DNA of 64,000 nt from Nitrospirales bacterium (GTDB lineage Bacteria > Nitrospirota > Nitrospiria > Nitrospirales > UBA8639), in the NCBI GenBank assembly GCA_965203295.1, contig CBDBCZ010000013.1, forward strand, positions 544,001 through 608,000, written 5' to 3'. A program made the position numbers and the translations under genes. This document shows, in pieces, positions 36,601-49,716 of this stretch (position 1 is the first letter of the stretch; every line of letters starts with the position of its first letter). The notes under the pieces were generated by a model. It made no database searches. It worked only from the letters and a program-made list of their open reading frames with translations, and had not been told where the DNA came from.

Positions 36601-38338
36601 GGAGGATATTTTTGGCGCATACTTTCCGAGGGGGCATGGTCTACCTGTCCTTAGCCTGTCACGCTGTAAATGGTCCCACCCCCACACCAAAAGCAGTCCC
36701 CAGACCATCTGTGGCAGAATAGTTGGTTTGTCCCTCCCCGAATCGTTTGTGGCGCCATATTAGACTCACGAGCCAGCCCCTTGCATGAAAAGTACTCATT
36801 GCAGGAATGTGCAGTGTTTGCATGCCATGGTCATATAATCTGATATAATAGACCTTTTATTATGATGTAATAGGAAGTAAAAGGAGGCACTAAAAAGAGA
36901 AATTACATGAAAACATGCGTTTTTTTGGTTTCATGTTTAAACACAAAAGCATGCATGTTTCCCTGTAAAGTTTCCATTTAGTGCCTACTTTTACCCCCCA
37001 CCCATATTACATCATAACTGTAAAGGGTAGTGGCAAGTGAGTTTTATTAATATTCCAGTATACATGTGGTGGCACCATGGACGGGGAAGAGCTTTGTTTT
37101 GCTTGCAGACTACAGGATTGAAAAGAAGGGAACACTGGTGGTTGTAGATCTTTCAAAAGATCAAGAAACTGCAGCAGCACTCTCACGGCAACTTCTGCTG
37201 GTACACAAGCTCTTGGCGCGCACTTAATCACAGATATGAGTCGCTATGTAGTCCTGTAAGTGTAAATAATCAAGAGCTATAGCCGCTAATCAAGACTAAC
37301 CTTGACCACATGCATTAAATGGAGTCAGTTTCCTACTTGAGTGATCGACGCATCTGATTGGCTCTGCCAATAAAGCTCTTTGAAGCCAATAAAGCTCTTT
37401 GAAGTGTTACAAGTACTATATCGCAATGAGACCAGACCTTACTTTTCATGCAATGGGCTGGCTCACGAGACTAGGCTCTGTAGCTATATGGTCACTGTGG
37501 GACTATCCGTGACACTATAAATAGACCCCCTTGCCATGAAAACTATGTTCCCCATTTATTCAGCCTCAAATGCCATCTCAACTGCAATGATACTGAAACT
37601 TTGAAGGATGGAAGTAGTAGAGCAGTAAACTCTAGTGCAGTCTACGAACATCGGCTATTCAGCAATCATCAGCTGCAAGCTTTGAAATTGTGCGGAACCC
37701 CTCCCACTTTTTGACTGTGTTTGCTACCCAACTTCTGCCCACCAGTGATCGGGGCTGTTGATTACTTTGTGCTCTGGGTATAATGGCTAAAATAAATATT
37801 ATCCTGATAGATCTATTTGTCGCTCTTGTCCATCAGGATTGTGAGTCAAATGTGCACGGGTGTAAAGGCCCATCGCTTTGAAAACCCAGGCCAATTGCAC
37901 GGTATCATCATCGAGCAATTACACTAGATCTACTTGGTCTTCCATGATTTACATGTATGTAGTGAACATCAAGCACGGGGGACTATCCACAGCAAGGGGG
38001 GACCATGTACGTATGGCTACGATATTTGGCCTGGGGGGGGGGGGGGGGGGGGAGACTGCTTCTGTGGGAGGACCGTCCATGGCGTGACATGGTGAAATTG
38101 GGCATGTGCACAACTGTCGTTAAGTAGCTTGTGGTTATGTACATAATTGTAAGGTATGCACCTATACATGTATCTCCTGCTACTCTTGTCCTATGAAATT
38201 TGTACTATACTGCATGGGCAGTTCAAAGGTGCCCGTAGCAGTCTATAAGTCAAAGACATGACTATGCTTTAACTGCCAATTATGGCAGTTAGAGCATATT
38301 TGCTCTAACTGCCTTAGTAAGCTGCAAACCCACAAGTA

Positions 38339-38580
38339 AATTATTCATGAGATGTAGCCACTTAGATAATGCCATTTCATGGTTTACAGGAAACCATGAA
38401 ATGGTATTATCTCAGTATAGCTTAGAACATAGAGCTGCCCATGCTCTGAGCCATTTAGTATATGCACATCTTCAGCTTCTTATGCTCTATGGGATTCTTA
38501 CTATATTCTATGAAAATTATTCCATACACTCGTTACTATAGTAACATATTATACTAAGTGGCTACATCTCATGAATAATT
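38339..38580. mobile_element. MITE-like element with perfect 27-bp TIRs
   Basis: aattattcatgagatgtagccacttag ... ctaagtggctacatctcatgaataatt, with an internal hairpin ccatttcatggttt/aaaccatgaaatgg. Confidence 0.65.
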
Positions 38581-41500
38581 CAATGATATCTTTCCTCTTA
38601 TTCTAGGCCTACTGAGGCTCATCGCTGTTCTTCTGGCCCTTCCAGTGTGGTTTCCTCCAAGTCCTCTTCATTCTCTGCTATGAGAACGCTTTTATTTTAG
38701 CTGTTGCATGCACGCCATAGGAATGTTGTTATTTTATAGTTACTATCCGGAATCCATAAGAATGCTTACCGTACTCATAATACTACATTGAGCACACAAC
38801 CACAAACATGGCCCTAGTGTTTCAAAGACTCATAATAATTATGGCTGGCATTCCTAGGATGCCAGAAGATCAGCTGATTTCAGCTGCATTTGTTTTGGGG
38901 ATTTATCCAATAAATGCAGATACACGGGTGGGCGAGAAGCTAATTTTGTGCTATCATGATTGTATAATAGGACTGCAACATCATGGTTATCAAAAGGGGA
39001 TTTTCTTAGGTTGAGAGAGCAGCAAAAGTTGATCATATCGTACTTGTGATAAGCCATAAATGAGCACACAAGAAATTTGTAGACCACAAGTAAATGACAC
39101 TTTAGTCCACAACCAATCTAATAGTGGTGCTGTCTATATGGATGGAGAAGGCTGCAGAAATTCAGCAGCCTTCTCCATCCATCACAATGCGCATGCGAAT
39201 GAATAGGGAATGCTCCAAAAAGAGGACCGGTGTCATTATATTGAGAATGACTTCTGAACTATATTCAACATGCTTGTGGAATGAACACTGTGCAAGTTTG
39301 CTTGAATGCGACATTAAGCTGGAGCTGGCCAAACACTTCCGGTATGCTTCCTGGTTCCTGTTACAGTATCATGTTGCATCCAACAACCTCTGAGTCTTGT
39401 TTGCCGAGATTCTGCAGCCTGGCAGTCTCAGTAGATAGTCTTACACACAGTAAAGCTTTCATCTGCTACCTGGCTTCTGTAGCAGACCTGACTGTTATTA
39501 GTGAACTATGAACTATGAACTTTGTGAACCCTTATTCAGACTGCTATTCTTTTGTTTTATTGTTCCATATTTCCCACTATCATATTACAGTATGAATCAC
39601 ATGTACTTGAGACTTTTTGATATAAGGTTGGCATGAGTCAGGGTCAGTTACACTTCCCTCCTATGTTGTACTAAGTGCAGCATCTCCTTTCTTAACAGCC
39701 TGGGTACAGAATTTGATGCTGATCTTTCTGTTTTAACGAACCACCACTGTCTCGGAATGATAGTAAACCTTCTCGTGTTCTCGAAAGACCAGCTGTCCCC
39801 CCCCCCCCCCCAGATGAATGTTCCGAGGACCAGATGTAAAGTTACCCACCACCACACAATTTTATGGTAACGTTTTGGTAGTGGAAGATGACTAGAACTC
39901 ATTTAGTCAATACTCAACCAGTGTTCTAAGAACCAAAGATGGATACTGCAATGAGGACTTTCATGCAGAGGATGCTGTTTGTGTGCTCGTGATCCTAGCA
40001 AGTGTTGAAATCGGCCAGCAGCTGCCCTGTACCAATGCAATTATAATTTATTATTGCGTTTATAACATTGATGTGCATGCTGTGCAAAACCATTGCTGTA
40101 CAGCTGGTCGGCTTCTTCACTTTTTTGCGCAGTGCCCCTGAATTCCTGATCCCTGTTCTGTAATGCTTGGTCCATCGACGTCTGGGACAGTGTTGTGTGC
40201 AAAGATATTCCCTTTCCTGGGGGATTCATGAAACAGCCACAGGTTATTGGATAAGAACTCGACAACATATAAAGTGTGTGTATAGGGGGAACGGGAAGGG
40301 GGGGGGGGGGACATTTTCAAGGGGGACATCCTGTCGTGTGATACCGTCTTTGAAGTCTGTCGAAACTGCGTAGCATTAAGACGTACATACATGTACCAGA
40401 AAGGCAGACAGAGTCAAGTGCAAAGCAAGCTCGCTATTGTGGGGTCACCACATTTCCCCCAGCCGGATGCATTTCTGGGCGACTATTACTACGAGTCAAT
40501 CAGTTGCAAGAGTAACAACTACCATTTAATGACAGCTATCTATCTGCTCCAAGGATCAGACGTGTCTGCTGTGAGATAACGAGAAAGAGGCTGTAATGCT
40601 TGTAACTAATGTTCGCATCGCATGGTTTGTCAATCATGGACAATATATTCGTGCCATCTGTTTTCAGCACCTATATCTTGATTAACACCGAGGAGACACA
40701 AAAGTCAGCTAACCTTGCAGCTGCACCAAGCCTTCCTTGGCAAAACTATGCGAGAGACTTATTCTGATCTCTGAATGTCCATGTGCCTAGTCTCGTTCCC
40801 AATGCAGATTTGATGTGCTTGTGTGGGGTGTATAGCATTTGTGATGTGGGCTAAATATCCCCCTTGTGTTGTAAGGAATGTGTGCATAAATGGGCTGGGC
40901 TCACGTCTGGTGTAGTCAGGTTGCGTAGCACGTAGGTAGGGCTAACTGCTGTATCATCGCTTCGATACCGGCACGAAAATTCTGCATGATAGAAGATAGG
41001 CTTTAAATAGACTACCACAGGCCCGCAGGCAGTGTGTGCATGCCATACAAGGTATGTAAATGGCAAGCGTCCACTCGAGAGTCCTTTGAATCACTACTGA
41101 ACTAATTTAAGTTCTTTGAAATGCTATGCTTTATAGGCACTACCCCGGGAAAATGACACCCGTTCATGTTTCAAACATTGTATTTGTTTCAGCCATTATT
41201 CTGCTAGCCTAGCTCGAAAAAGAAAGATGAATGGCGTGTTTAGCGGCTTGTTGATGTGGCACTCCAGCAATGGTTTGTAACAATGCTAAGAGACTTATTA
41301 TTGAGGTAAACACCTGAGGGTGACTGTTATGTCTGTGATTTACATGTTGAGCTCGTATGATGTAATCATTGGCTTCACTACCGCTTGCGTCTGTTTTAAC
41401 GTGTGATGCATAACTGCGTCTCGCATACAATCAGCTATCATCTAAGTGTTGATTACTTGCCCTGTATATGTCATGATTATAAGGCCATCCAGAAAAAATT

Positions 41501-41616
41501 GCTTGTTTCTGGTGGCCCGTGGCCATGAAATGCTCATATTCCACTTAACATGTAAATACTAGTACCATGACATGTCTGCTTCATTAGTTTCCTGTTTAAC
41601 CCCTTTACAGTGTGTC

Positions 41617-44600
41617 ATGCCCATTGACACAGAGCAGTGGAGGGCCCAGACTGGGCTCTTCTGTGCCTCTCGTGTCCTCCTCCGCCCACCAAGAGGCAAA
41701 CAGCCGCAGCCAAAGGTGCAAGCTGACACACTGTCACTCAATATGAAATTCTCCCTGGCAGTACTGATAGTGACCATGAGAACTGGAATCTTCTATGCCT
41801 CTCGTACACTTCAGCTACTTTGGTTGATTGCTTGTCATGCCTCCTGGCTACTGTCATCAGTTGTCAAGTTGAGCTGCCGGAGGCTGAGAGGTGTCTCTGT
41901 CCTGCTTGCCCTGTGCCTGGTGGTGGTGCAGATGCTACTGATTATGTCGGGAGACGTGGAGGAGAACCCTGGACCTCCAAAGATACAAAGTAGGTGATCA
42001 ATTCAGTACTGAAGGAGACCTACCGTCAACAACGTAGACTTATCTACTTCTAGTAAATACATGTACATGATAGGGGTTCATAGCCTTGTAGCTATGCAGT
42101 TTTTGCTGCTTAGCTGAAAGACTGGGTACGAGATTGTGCTAGGGATTATTATATGGTAGTGATATTATGCAGTGTGTAGAATCATTGTAGTATGATTCCT
42201 CCTACCCAGCCACCCTGGGAGTGAGTGACCTGAGCTGTGTCCGGGAGGAGCTCCTGGATGTCAGATCCAAGTGGTTTGACATCGGACTCAAGCTCAAGCT
42301 GAGTGTGGGAATCCTAGAGGGCATAAGGGGCCAGTATGCAAATCCATCTGAAGCTCTACGTGAAATGTTGCTCCACTGGCTGAAGAAGGTGGACCCACCC
42401 CCAACCTGGGAAGGACTAGCCTGTGCTCTGGAGAGCTGCACTGTGGGAGAGCCTCGGCTGGCAGAACAACTGAGAACAAAGTTTTGCAAGATAGAAGGAG
42501 CAGCTGGTCAGTTGCTGTATATCAACAAGTGTGTGTGCCTAGCATGTGCAGTGATTGTAATCGAAGTTGACATAGTGTAAATTTGAGTTCTTTTCCTCTG
42601 CTCTCAATAGTCTCTGTTTAGTGAGTTCCTTTCATGTCCTTGTCTGTAAGATGATATTCCAGAACTGAGATGCCATAAGCATTAAAAAAATTGGTAGATG
42701 TAACAATACTGCTGCTTTATAATCATGCATGCTCTCTATATTCTCTGCTTCTAATGTTTACTGTAGTTATTACCATTTGAGTTGTTCTTTGGAGTGAGAT
42801 TTAAGCTTTATGTTTTGTGTTGTGTAGGTTTATCACAATAATTATTCTCTATTGCCTTAGAGGGAGCCATAGATCGCTATGCCTCACACTTGAAATCAGT
42901 CTACACCAGCACAGAACTGCCAACACACTGCAAGTGGCCACCCTCGTCATCCAAGAAGTTTATCCACCTGGCTGTGGTCAGGAAGGAGAGACTAGGCAAG
43001 AAAAAAGCAGATGCATTTACTAGGGCAAAAATTCATGGAACTGAAATTGATAAAATTTATCAGGAGAAAGAGGGCGTAAACTTCAGCGAGGTTGGGAAAA
43101 TGATAGATGAATCACTTGCAGAAGTGATTCTTGTTGAAGGTGCCCCAGGAATAGGCAAGACAACATTTGCATGGGAGATGTGCAGAAAATGGGCACAGGG
43201 TGAGATTTTGAAAAAATACAGTCTGGTTGTTCTGTTACGGCTTGGTGACAAATGGATGCAAGAGGTAAAAAAAATATCTGATTTCTTTTATCACCCACTG
43301 GCAGACGCTAAGCTCGCTAAAGAAGTAGAAACAGAAATTCTCCATTGTGAGGAAAAGTCAGTCCTACTACTGTACGAAGGTTTTGATGAACTCCCTAGAA
43401 AGCTGCAAGAACAACAATCCATTTTTCTGGATGTACTACACAAAAAATACCTTCCAGATGCAACAATACTGATCACAAGTCGACCCTCAGCCACTTGGTA
43501 TATCCGTTGGAAGTTTAACCCACAGATTTCACAGCATTTTGAAATTCTTGGTTTCACAAAACGTGATATCTGTTCCCATGCACATGATCTCATAGAAGAT
43601 GAGCAGGTGCGCAAAGCCTTTTTACAATACTTAAAATGCTACCCCTACATTCGTGGGATGATGTACGTACCACTGAATGCTGTGATAGTGACAGAACTGT
43701 TCAAGGAGAGACATCATAGTCCCGAGAGGATCATACCAACCACTATAACTGAGCTCTATACCGATCTCACACAAAGTCTTCTGCTGCGCTATCTGCACAA
43801 TGAGTATGAACCACATGTGTGTAACTTGAAGTGTTTCGCAGATTTGCCCTCAAAAGACTACAAAATGTTTAGAAAAGTCACTGCAGTTGCTCTGAAAGGA
43901 ATAATCGAAGACAGGTCTGTGTTTGATGACCTCCCAAAAGGCTTTAATACACTGGACCTGATGCAGTCGGTTCCTGAACTCTACGTTGCACAAGGGGCCT
44001 CGGTCTCATACAACTTCTTGCATGTAACACTGCAGGAATACCTAGCAGCTGTGGACATATCAGAACAACCTGTAAAGAAACAGATAGAATTCTTTGAAAT
44101 GTCTTCACCAGCATTGGGTTCTAGAGCATTATCTACTCAGCCATTACTACCAGATATTATTATCGTACCAGGAATATCCACTAGACTAAGAAATGTGCTG
44201 AGGTTTGTGGCTGGCCTAACAAAATTCAAAGGTATCTCATTATCTTCACTACAACCACTTATACTCAATTCTCTCCCACAAGATTTTAAAGACATAACGT
44301 TAGATTCCCTTCACTGGCTGTTTGAATCACAATGCAGTGACAGTTACAATGAATTGTTTAGTCCCTACAATTTGCTTACTGAACATCACTCTAACATGTC
44401 ACCTTTTGACTTCTTTGTGTTAGGATATGCCATGGCTCACATTACCAGCAATTGGAAGATTAACCTCAGAAATAGCGAAATTGGTGATGAGGAGATAGAG
44501 ATGTTAGTGGCTGGTGTGAAATTTACAATAGGCCCTGTTACCCAGTCTGAGGAGAACAGAAGATTGCAGCAGCTTGATATCAGCAGTAATTCCATACGCG

Positions 44601-46942
44601 TTGGAGGAGCCACCGCACTAGCGAAAATGCTGAAGGAAAGTAGGACATTACAACAGCTGAATATTAGTAACAATTCCATAGGCATTCGAGGGGCCACTGC
44701 ACTAGCGCAAGCACTACAGGATAACAGGACATTACAGCAGCTGAATGTTAGTAACAATTCCATAGGCGATGGAGGTGCCACTGCACTAGCGGTTGTGTTG
44801 AAAACGAACAGTACATTACAGCTGTTGGATGTTCGATACAATTGCATAGGCAGTACAGGAGCCACTGCATTAGCGGAAATGCTAAAGGAGAACAGGACTT
44901 TGCAGCAGCTGGATGTTAGTAAGAATTCCGTGCAAGATGGAGGAGCCACTGCACTAGCGGAAATGCTAAAAGAGAACAGGACGTTACAGCAGCTGAATGT
45001 TAGCAATAATTACATAGGTGATAAAGGAGCCACCGCACTAGCGAAAGAGCTGGAAGAGAACATGACATTACAGCAACTGGATATCAGGGACAATTTCATA
45101 CACAAGGAAGGAGCTACAGCTCTAGAGAAAATGCTGAAGAAGAAGAGGACATTACAGCAGCTGCATGTTAGCTGCAATTCCATTGGCGAAAGTGGAGCCA
45201 CCGCATTAGCGGAAATGTCGAAGGAAAACAGGTCATTACTGCCGCTGGATGTTAGCAGGAATACCACAGGTGATAAAGGAGCAACCGCACTAGAAGAAGT
45301 GCAAAAGAGCAAGACATTACAGCAGCAGCAGCTGTATAGCAGCAGGAATTCCATAGATGATGTAGGAGCCACTGCACTCGTGGAAATACTGAAGGAGAAC
45401 AGGGCATCAAAGCAGCTGGATATCAGTGGCCATTCTGTACGCGATGTAGGAGCCACTGAACTAGCAAAAATGCTGAAGGGAACCAGGACATTAAAGCAGC
45501 TCACTGCTCACAGAAATTCCTTAGGTGATGTAGGAGCCACCGCACTAGCAGAAATGCTGAAGGAGAACAGGACATTACAGCAGCTTGATATCAGTGAAAA
45601 TTCCATACACCATGGAGGAGCCACTGCACTAGCAGAAATGCTGAAGGAGAACAGGACACTACAGCAGCTGAATATTAGCAAGAATTCCATAGGTGAAGTA
45701 GGAGCCACCACACTAGCAGAAATGCTGAAGGAGAACAGGACATTACAGCAGCTTGATATCAGTGAAAATTCCATACACCATGGAGGAGCCACTGCACTAG
45801 CAGAAATGCTGAAGGAGAACAGGACACTACAGCAGCTGAATATTAGCAAGAATTCCATAGGTGAAGTAGGAGCCACCACACTAGCAGAAATGCTGAAGGA
45901 GAACAGGACATTACAGCAGCTGGATATTAGTGACAATTCTATACGCCGTGTGGGAGCCACTGCACTAGCAGAAATGCTGAAAGAGAACTGGACATTACAG
46001 CAGCTGATGGTTAGAGACAATTCCATCGGCAGTGAAGGAGCCATCGCACTAGCGAAAATGCTGAAGGATAACAGGATGTTGCAGCAGTTGGATGTTAGAT
46101 GCAACTTAATATGCGCTAAAGGAGCCAGAGCACTGGCAGAAAATCTGAAGGGGAACAGGACATTACAGCAGCTGAACATTAGCAAGAACCTCATAGGCGA
46201 TTTAGGAGCTGTAGAACTAGTGCACATGCTGATGGAGAACAGGACATTACAGCAGCTGGATATTGGTAAGAATCACATAGGCAGATATAGAGGCGCTGAT
46301 GCACTAGCAGAAATGCTGAAAGAGAACTGGACATTACAGCAACTGGCTATCGGTGGAAATCCCATAGGCAATGATGGAGCCACTAAAGTGGCGGAAATGC
46401 TGAAGGAGAACAGGACATTAAAGCAGCTTGATGTTAGTGACAGTTCCATAGACGATGAAGGAGCTACAGCTCTAGCGAACATGCTGAAGGACAACAGGTC
46501 ATTACAACAGCTGGATGTTAGCTACAATTCCATAGGCGATGAAGGAGCCACCAAAATAGCAGAAATGCTGACTGTGAACAGGACATTACAGCAGCTCAAT
46601 GTTAGATACAATTCCATAGACAATGGAGGAGCCACTGCACTAGCGGAAATGCTGAAGGAGAATGTGATGCTACAACAGCTGAATATTAGCAAGAATTCCA
46701 TAGGCGATGTAGGAGCCATTGAACTAGCAGAAATGTTGAGGGAGAACAAGACATTAAAGCAGCTGGATGTTAGTAGCAATTCCATAGGTGATGAAGGAGT
46801 CACCGCACTAGCGAAAATGCTAAAGAAGAAGAACAGAACATTACAGCATTTGGCTGTTAGTAATAATTCCATAGGTGATAGAGGAGCCACTGCATTAACA
46901 AAAGTGCAAAAGAAAAACAAGACAGTCAGCATAATTGTTTAA
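41617..46942 (+). CDS. NLR (NOD-like receptor): hydrophobic leader + 2A peptide, DEATH domain, NACHT, ~28 ribonuclease-inhibitor-type LRRs (~1583 aa)
   Basis: Exons 41617-41989, 42210-42506 and 42861-46942 join in frame through two phase-1 GT-AG introns. DEATH: SKWFDIGLKLKL..EALREMLLHWLKK..PPTWEGLACAL. Walker A: ILVEGAPGIGKTT. Walker B: LLLYEGFDEL. Other NACHT motifs: ILITSRP and FLHVTLQEYLAA. The 28-aa LRRs follow LAEMLKENRTLQQLDISxNSIGDxGAT. Confidence 0.92.
41893..41976 (+). other. 2A / StopGo ribosomal skipping motif (..VSVLLALCLVVVQMLLIMSGDVEENPG|P)
   Basis: gga gac gtg gag gag aac cct gga cct at 41950-41976 encodes GDVEENPGP. This fits D(V/I)ExNPG|P and is identical to the core of the T2A/P2A peptides. 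Confidence 0.9.
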
Positions 46943-48449
46943 GATGTATAGGCCATGATGTGGTACTGTAGGCATTGGTCATTTACATAACTATTTCGGA
47001 ATTTTTGTGTGACATAAATGTATAGTAAGTGAACCATTGGTATTTTGGTATTTCATTTTATATAGTAGATGTAGAAGCATTTGATTTCCCTTTGGTGCGT
47101 TTTGTGCTTAATAAAATTTACTAGTGATATTTCCTTTTTGTATGTTTTGTACATGTACTGAATAGAATTTTCTTGTGTGTTGAGATTAGATTAATTGATG
47201 CATTGTTGTCTGTACACTAAATTTTTTGATGGCATTACTGTGTAGGTATGTTTTTACTGTCACCTGCTTATTAGCCTTTTGATGTTTAGAACTACCTTTT
47301 CCTTTGGCCTATAGAACTGTGGTCTATATAGTCTTTTGTTTCTTTGAACTCTGTTGTGTCACCCACATTACTTCACCCCTTTTTATATGGAACCTGTATT
47401 TGTATATTTTTGTACAGAGTTTTTCGGCTACACTTCAGTCTATGATATTCTATGAGTTATCTCCAGCGCCGCAAGGGCAAAAGCATGTTCTGACATGTTG
47501 AGCCACGGTTACAAAATCATACCCACCCCCACAGAAAATATGATTATGGGTTGCTGTGATATAATGCAATATTATACTTTTTCCTACCTAGCATAATACA
47601 GGGTATCAGTATGACTGAGTCTGAGTGGCTGCCTTGCATGTGTCGTCCCTCCTCTTCTAAAGTCAACTCCTTATTGATTATATATGCGCGATGGACAGGT
47701 CATGTGTAAATGTGAAGATGTATTTATGCGTCATTGCCAACATATCATTGATGTGGTAGTACGTAATGTATGTAGAATTATGGCAAGCAATATTATGGAT
47801 TCAGGATATTGTACTAACTACAGAAGTGTAATAAAAGCAAATTGTTGCACAATACTTTGGACGTGACGTGTATCATTCTGTGCCACTGAGTTTTTCCTCA
47901 GTCTAGATCTCGAGGACTTGGTAGAGCCTAGAAAAGAAAGGAATGTTTAGTAAAGTCTGGTGGACACATACGACATTACACCGTTCCTGTCCTTATACAC
48001 TTTCTTTTCGCATCACACTTAATTATTGATTCTTATCTTTTGTGCTACATGTGTGGCCGTTTTAATTAAAGGGACCAACTCCCATCTATGGTGTCATAAA
48101 CCCACAATTGTAAGTGGCCTACACCTTATTCAGCAAATTTAAACAAATTTACACAGCTGCTGACCATCAGACTAGAGTGTGAATGTGCTAGTGATAGGCT
48201 CCACTGTGATAATATAAATGTATGAAAAATAGCAAGCTCACTAAAACATTAAAGTGAACTACCTTCTCAGGTGTTGCAAGCGAGCTATGAGACTGTCCAC
48301 GCACACTGTGTGCTGCTGTCTCTGTTCACAGACTCAGTTATACAGCTAACTAGCTAAGATAGAGAGTTAGTTATACAAAGAAATTATCTAGCTCAATCCA
48401 GGGTCTTACTACCTTCTAAATAGCAAGTCCTAATGTCCAGGAGAGGAGT

Positions 48450-48548
48450 TAGCCTCGTTCCCAGGCTCTACTGACCATCTTTTTTTCGTACGTAGTAAAA
48501 TAAGCGAAAAAAATTAAAGCTGGTCAGAAGAGCCTGGGAACGAGACTA
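48450..48548. mobile_element. TAGCCTCG-family MITE with 9-bp TSD (Mutator-like)
   Basis: TIRs tagcctcgttcccaggctct / agagcctgggaacgagacta; direct flanks gagaggagt at 48441-48449 and 48549-48557. Confidence 0.75.
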
Positions 48549-48981
48549 GAGAGGAGTCAGATTGCAGCACATACAACGTTGAGCTAGCTATAGGTCTTGC
48601 TGCTGATGCTTTTTTCTTCCTATTATTCTGTTCCCCTATTCTCAGGACTGATGCCTATTAGTCTTTTAAAGTTGTCCTACCAAATCATACAACACACAGT
48701 CAAAAAAGTTCTCAATGTTGATTGTAGTGTAACATAACAGATAAAGAAATGTAATCTTCCTGAGACGATTGCTGCTGAGTGGAAAGTGAGTTTTGCAAGA
48801 TAGAGAATACTTTCTCTGCATTGGCAGAGGATGGCTGAACTCAGCCCATGTATATGTAGGCAAGCAATATATTATAGCCTATCATTCTTACAGGTCTATA
48901 AGTTTATGCCTATTTTTCCAGCATATACATAATATACTTCTCTTAGACTAAGGCTTTTGAGACCTACATTATACACAGGAA

Positions 48982-49177
48982 AAAAAAGTGGAATTTCCGG
49001 AAATGTGTTACAAGGAAATTCGACAGGAAATCTACATTTCAGGCAGTATATATAGGATAGGGCAGAATTTCATGATTTTAAAGGAAATTCTGCCCTATCC
49101 TATACTACCCTGTACCTGGAATACCAGATTTCCTGTCGAATTTTCTTGTAACGCATTTCAGGAAATTCCACTTTTTT
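48982..49177. mobile_element. Fold-back hairpin element (~50-bp outer arms plus ~20-bp inner arms)
   Basis: Outer arms: aaaaaagtggaatttccggaaatgtgttacaaggaaattcgacaggaaatct vs agatttcctgtcgaattttcttgtaacgcatttcaggaaattccactttttt. Inner arms: tataggatagggcagaatttc / gaaattctgccctatcctata. Confidence 0.7.
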
Positions 49178-49716
49178 ACGACAAATGAGCAGTAATGACA
49201 TTAAAAATTATACGGCAATCTTGTGTTCTAGACTACTGCATCTTAGCTCACTATGTATGCATTCACTAGCCGGCACTAGCTATTATAGTATTATGACTTC
49301 TGTATACGGCAGTCATGAAAATCAGCTACATAGCGGAGTTTAGTGTCAAAGTATTATAGCAAAATCGTGCCATCAGTAGTGTTTCTTGTCCAAAATTAAT
49401 TTTTACAACTAGCACACAATGGGTGAGACACATTCAAGCATAGAATATTAAATATCTATAGGATGACGATCACTATTTGCAATCAAGACTACATGTACAT
49501 CTTCTATTAGTGGTATGCTATATACGTATCTCCTATTGTAGCGTGTATACAGATATACAAACATACATGTACTCTATGTGCAGTGTGGACATTGTGTTAT
49601 ATAGGCTACTATGCTACAGAATGCAGAACATTGTGCACGCACCACATAAAAGGGATCTCTACTAGTACCGCAATTAGTACAATGTGTGAACTGCAGTGTA
49701 GATGAGTGTGGCTCAG

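Noticed and set aside
32200..40900. Short ORFs and CpG-rich patches suggesting decayed transposases or a hidden gene
   Set aside because: I could not assemble a consistent exon chain or recognise a domain; a translated homology search would be needed.
42890..42892. TTG start of the 1350-aa NACHT-LRR ORF
   Set aside because: The frame is entered by splicing at the acceptor 42859-42860 from the DEATH exon.
44437..46932. Long antisense ORFs (189, 164, 239 and 136 aa) opposite the LRRs
   Set aside because: They are shadows of the repetitive 84-bp LRR coding sequence, with no independent features.
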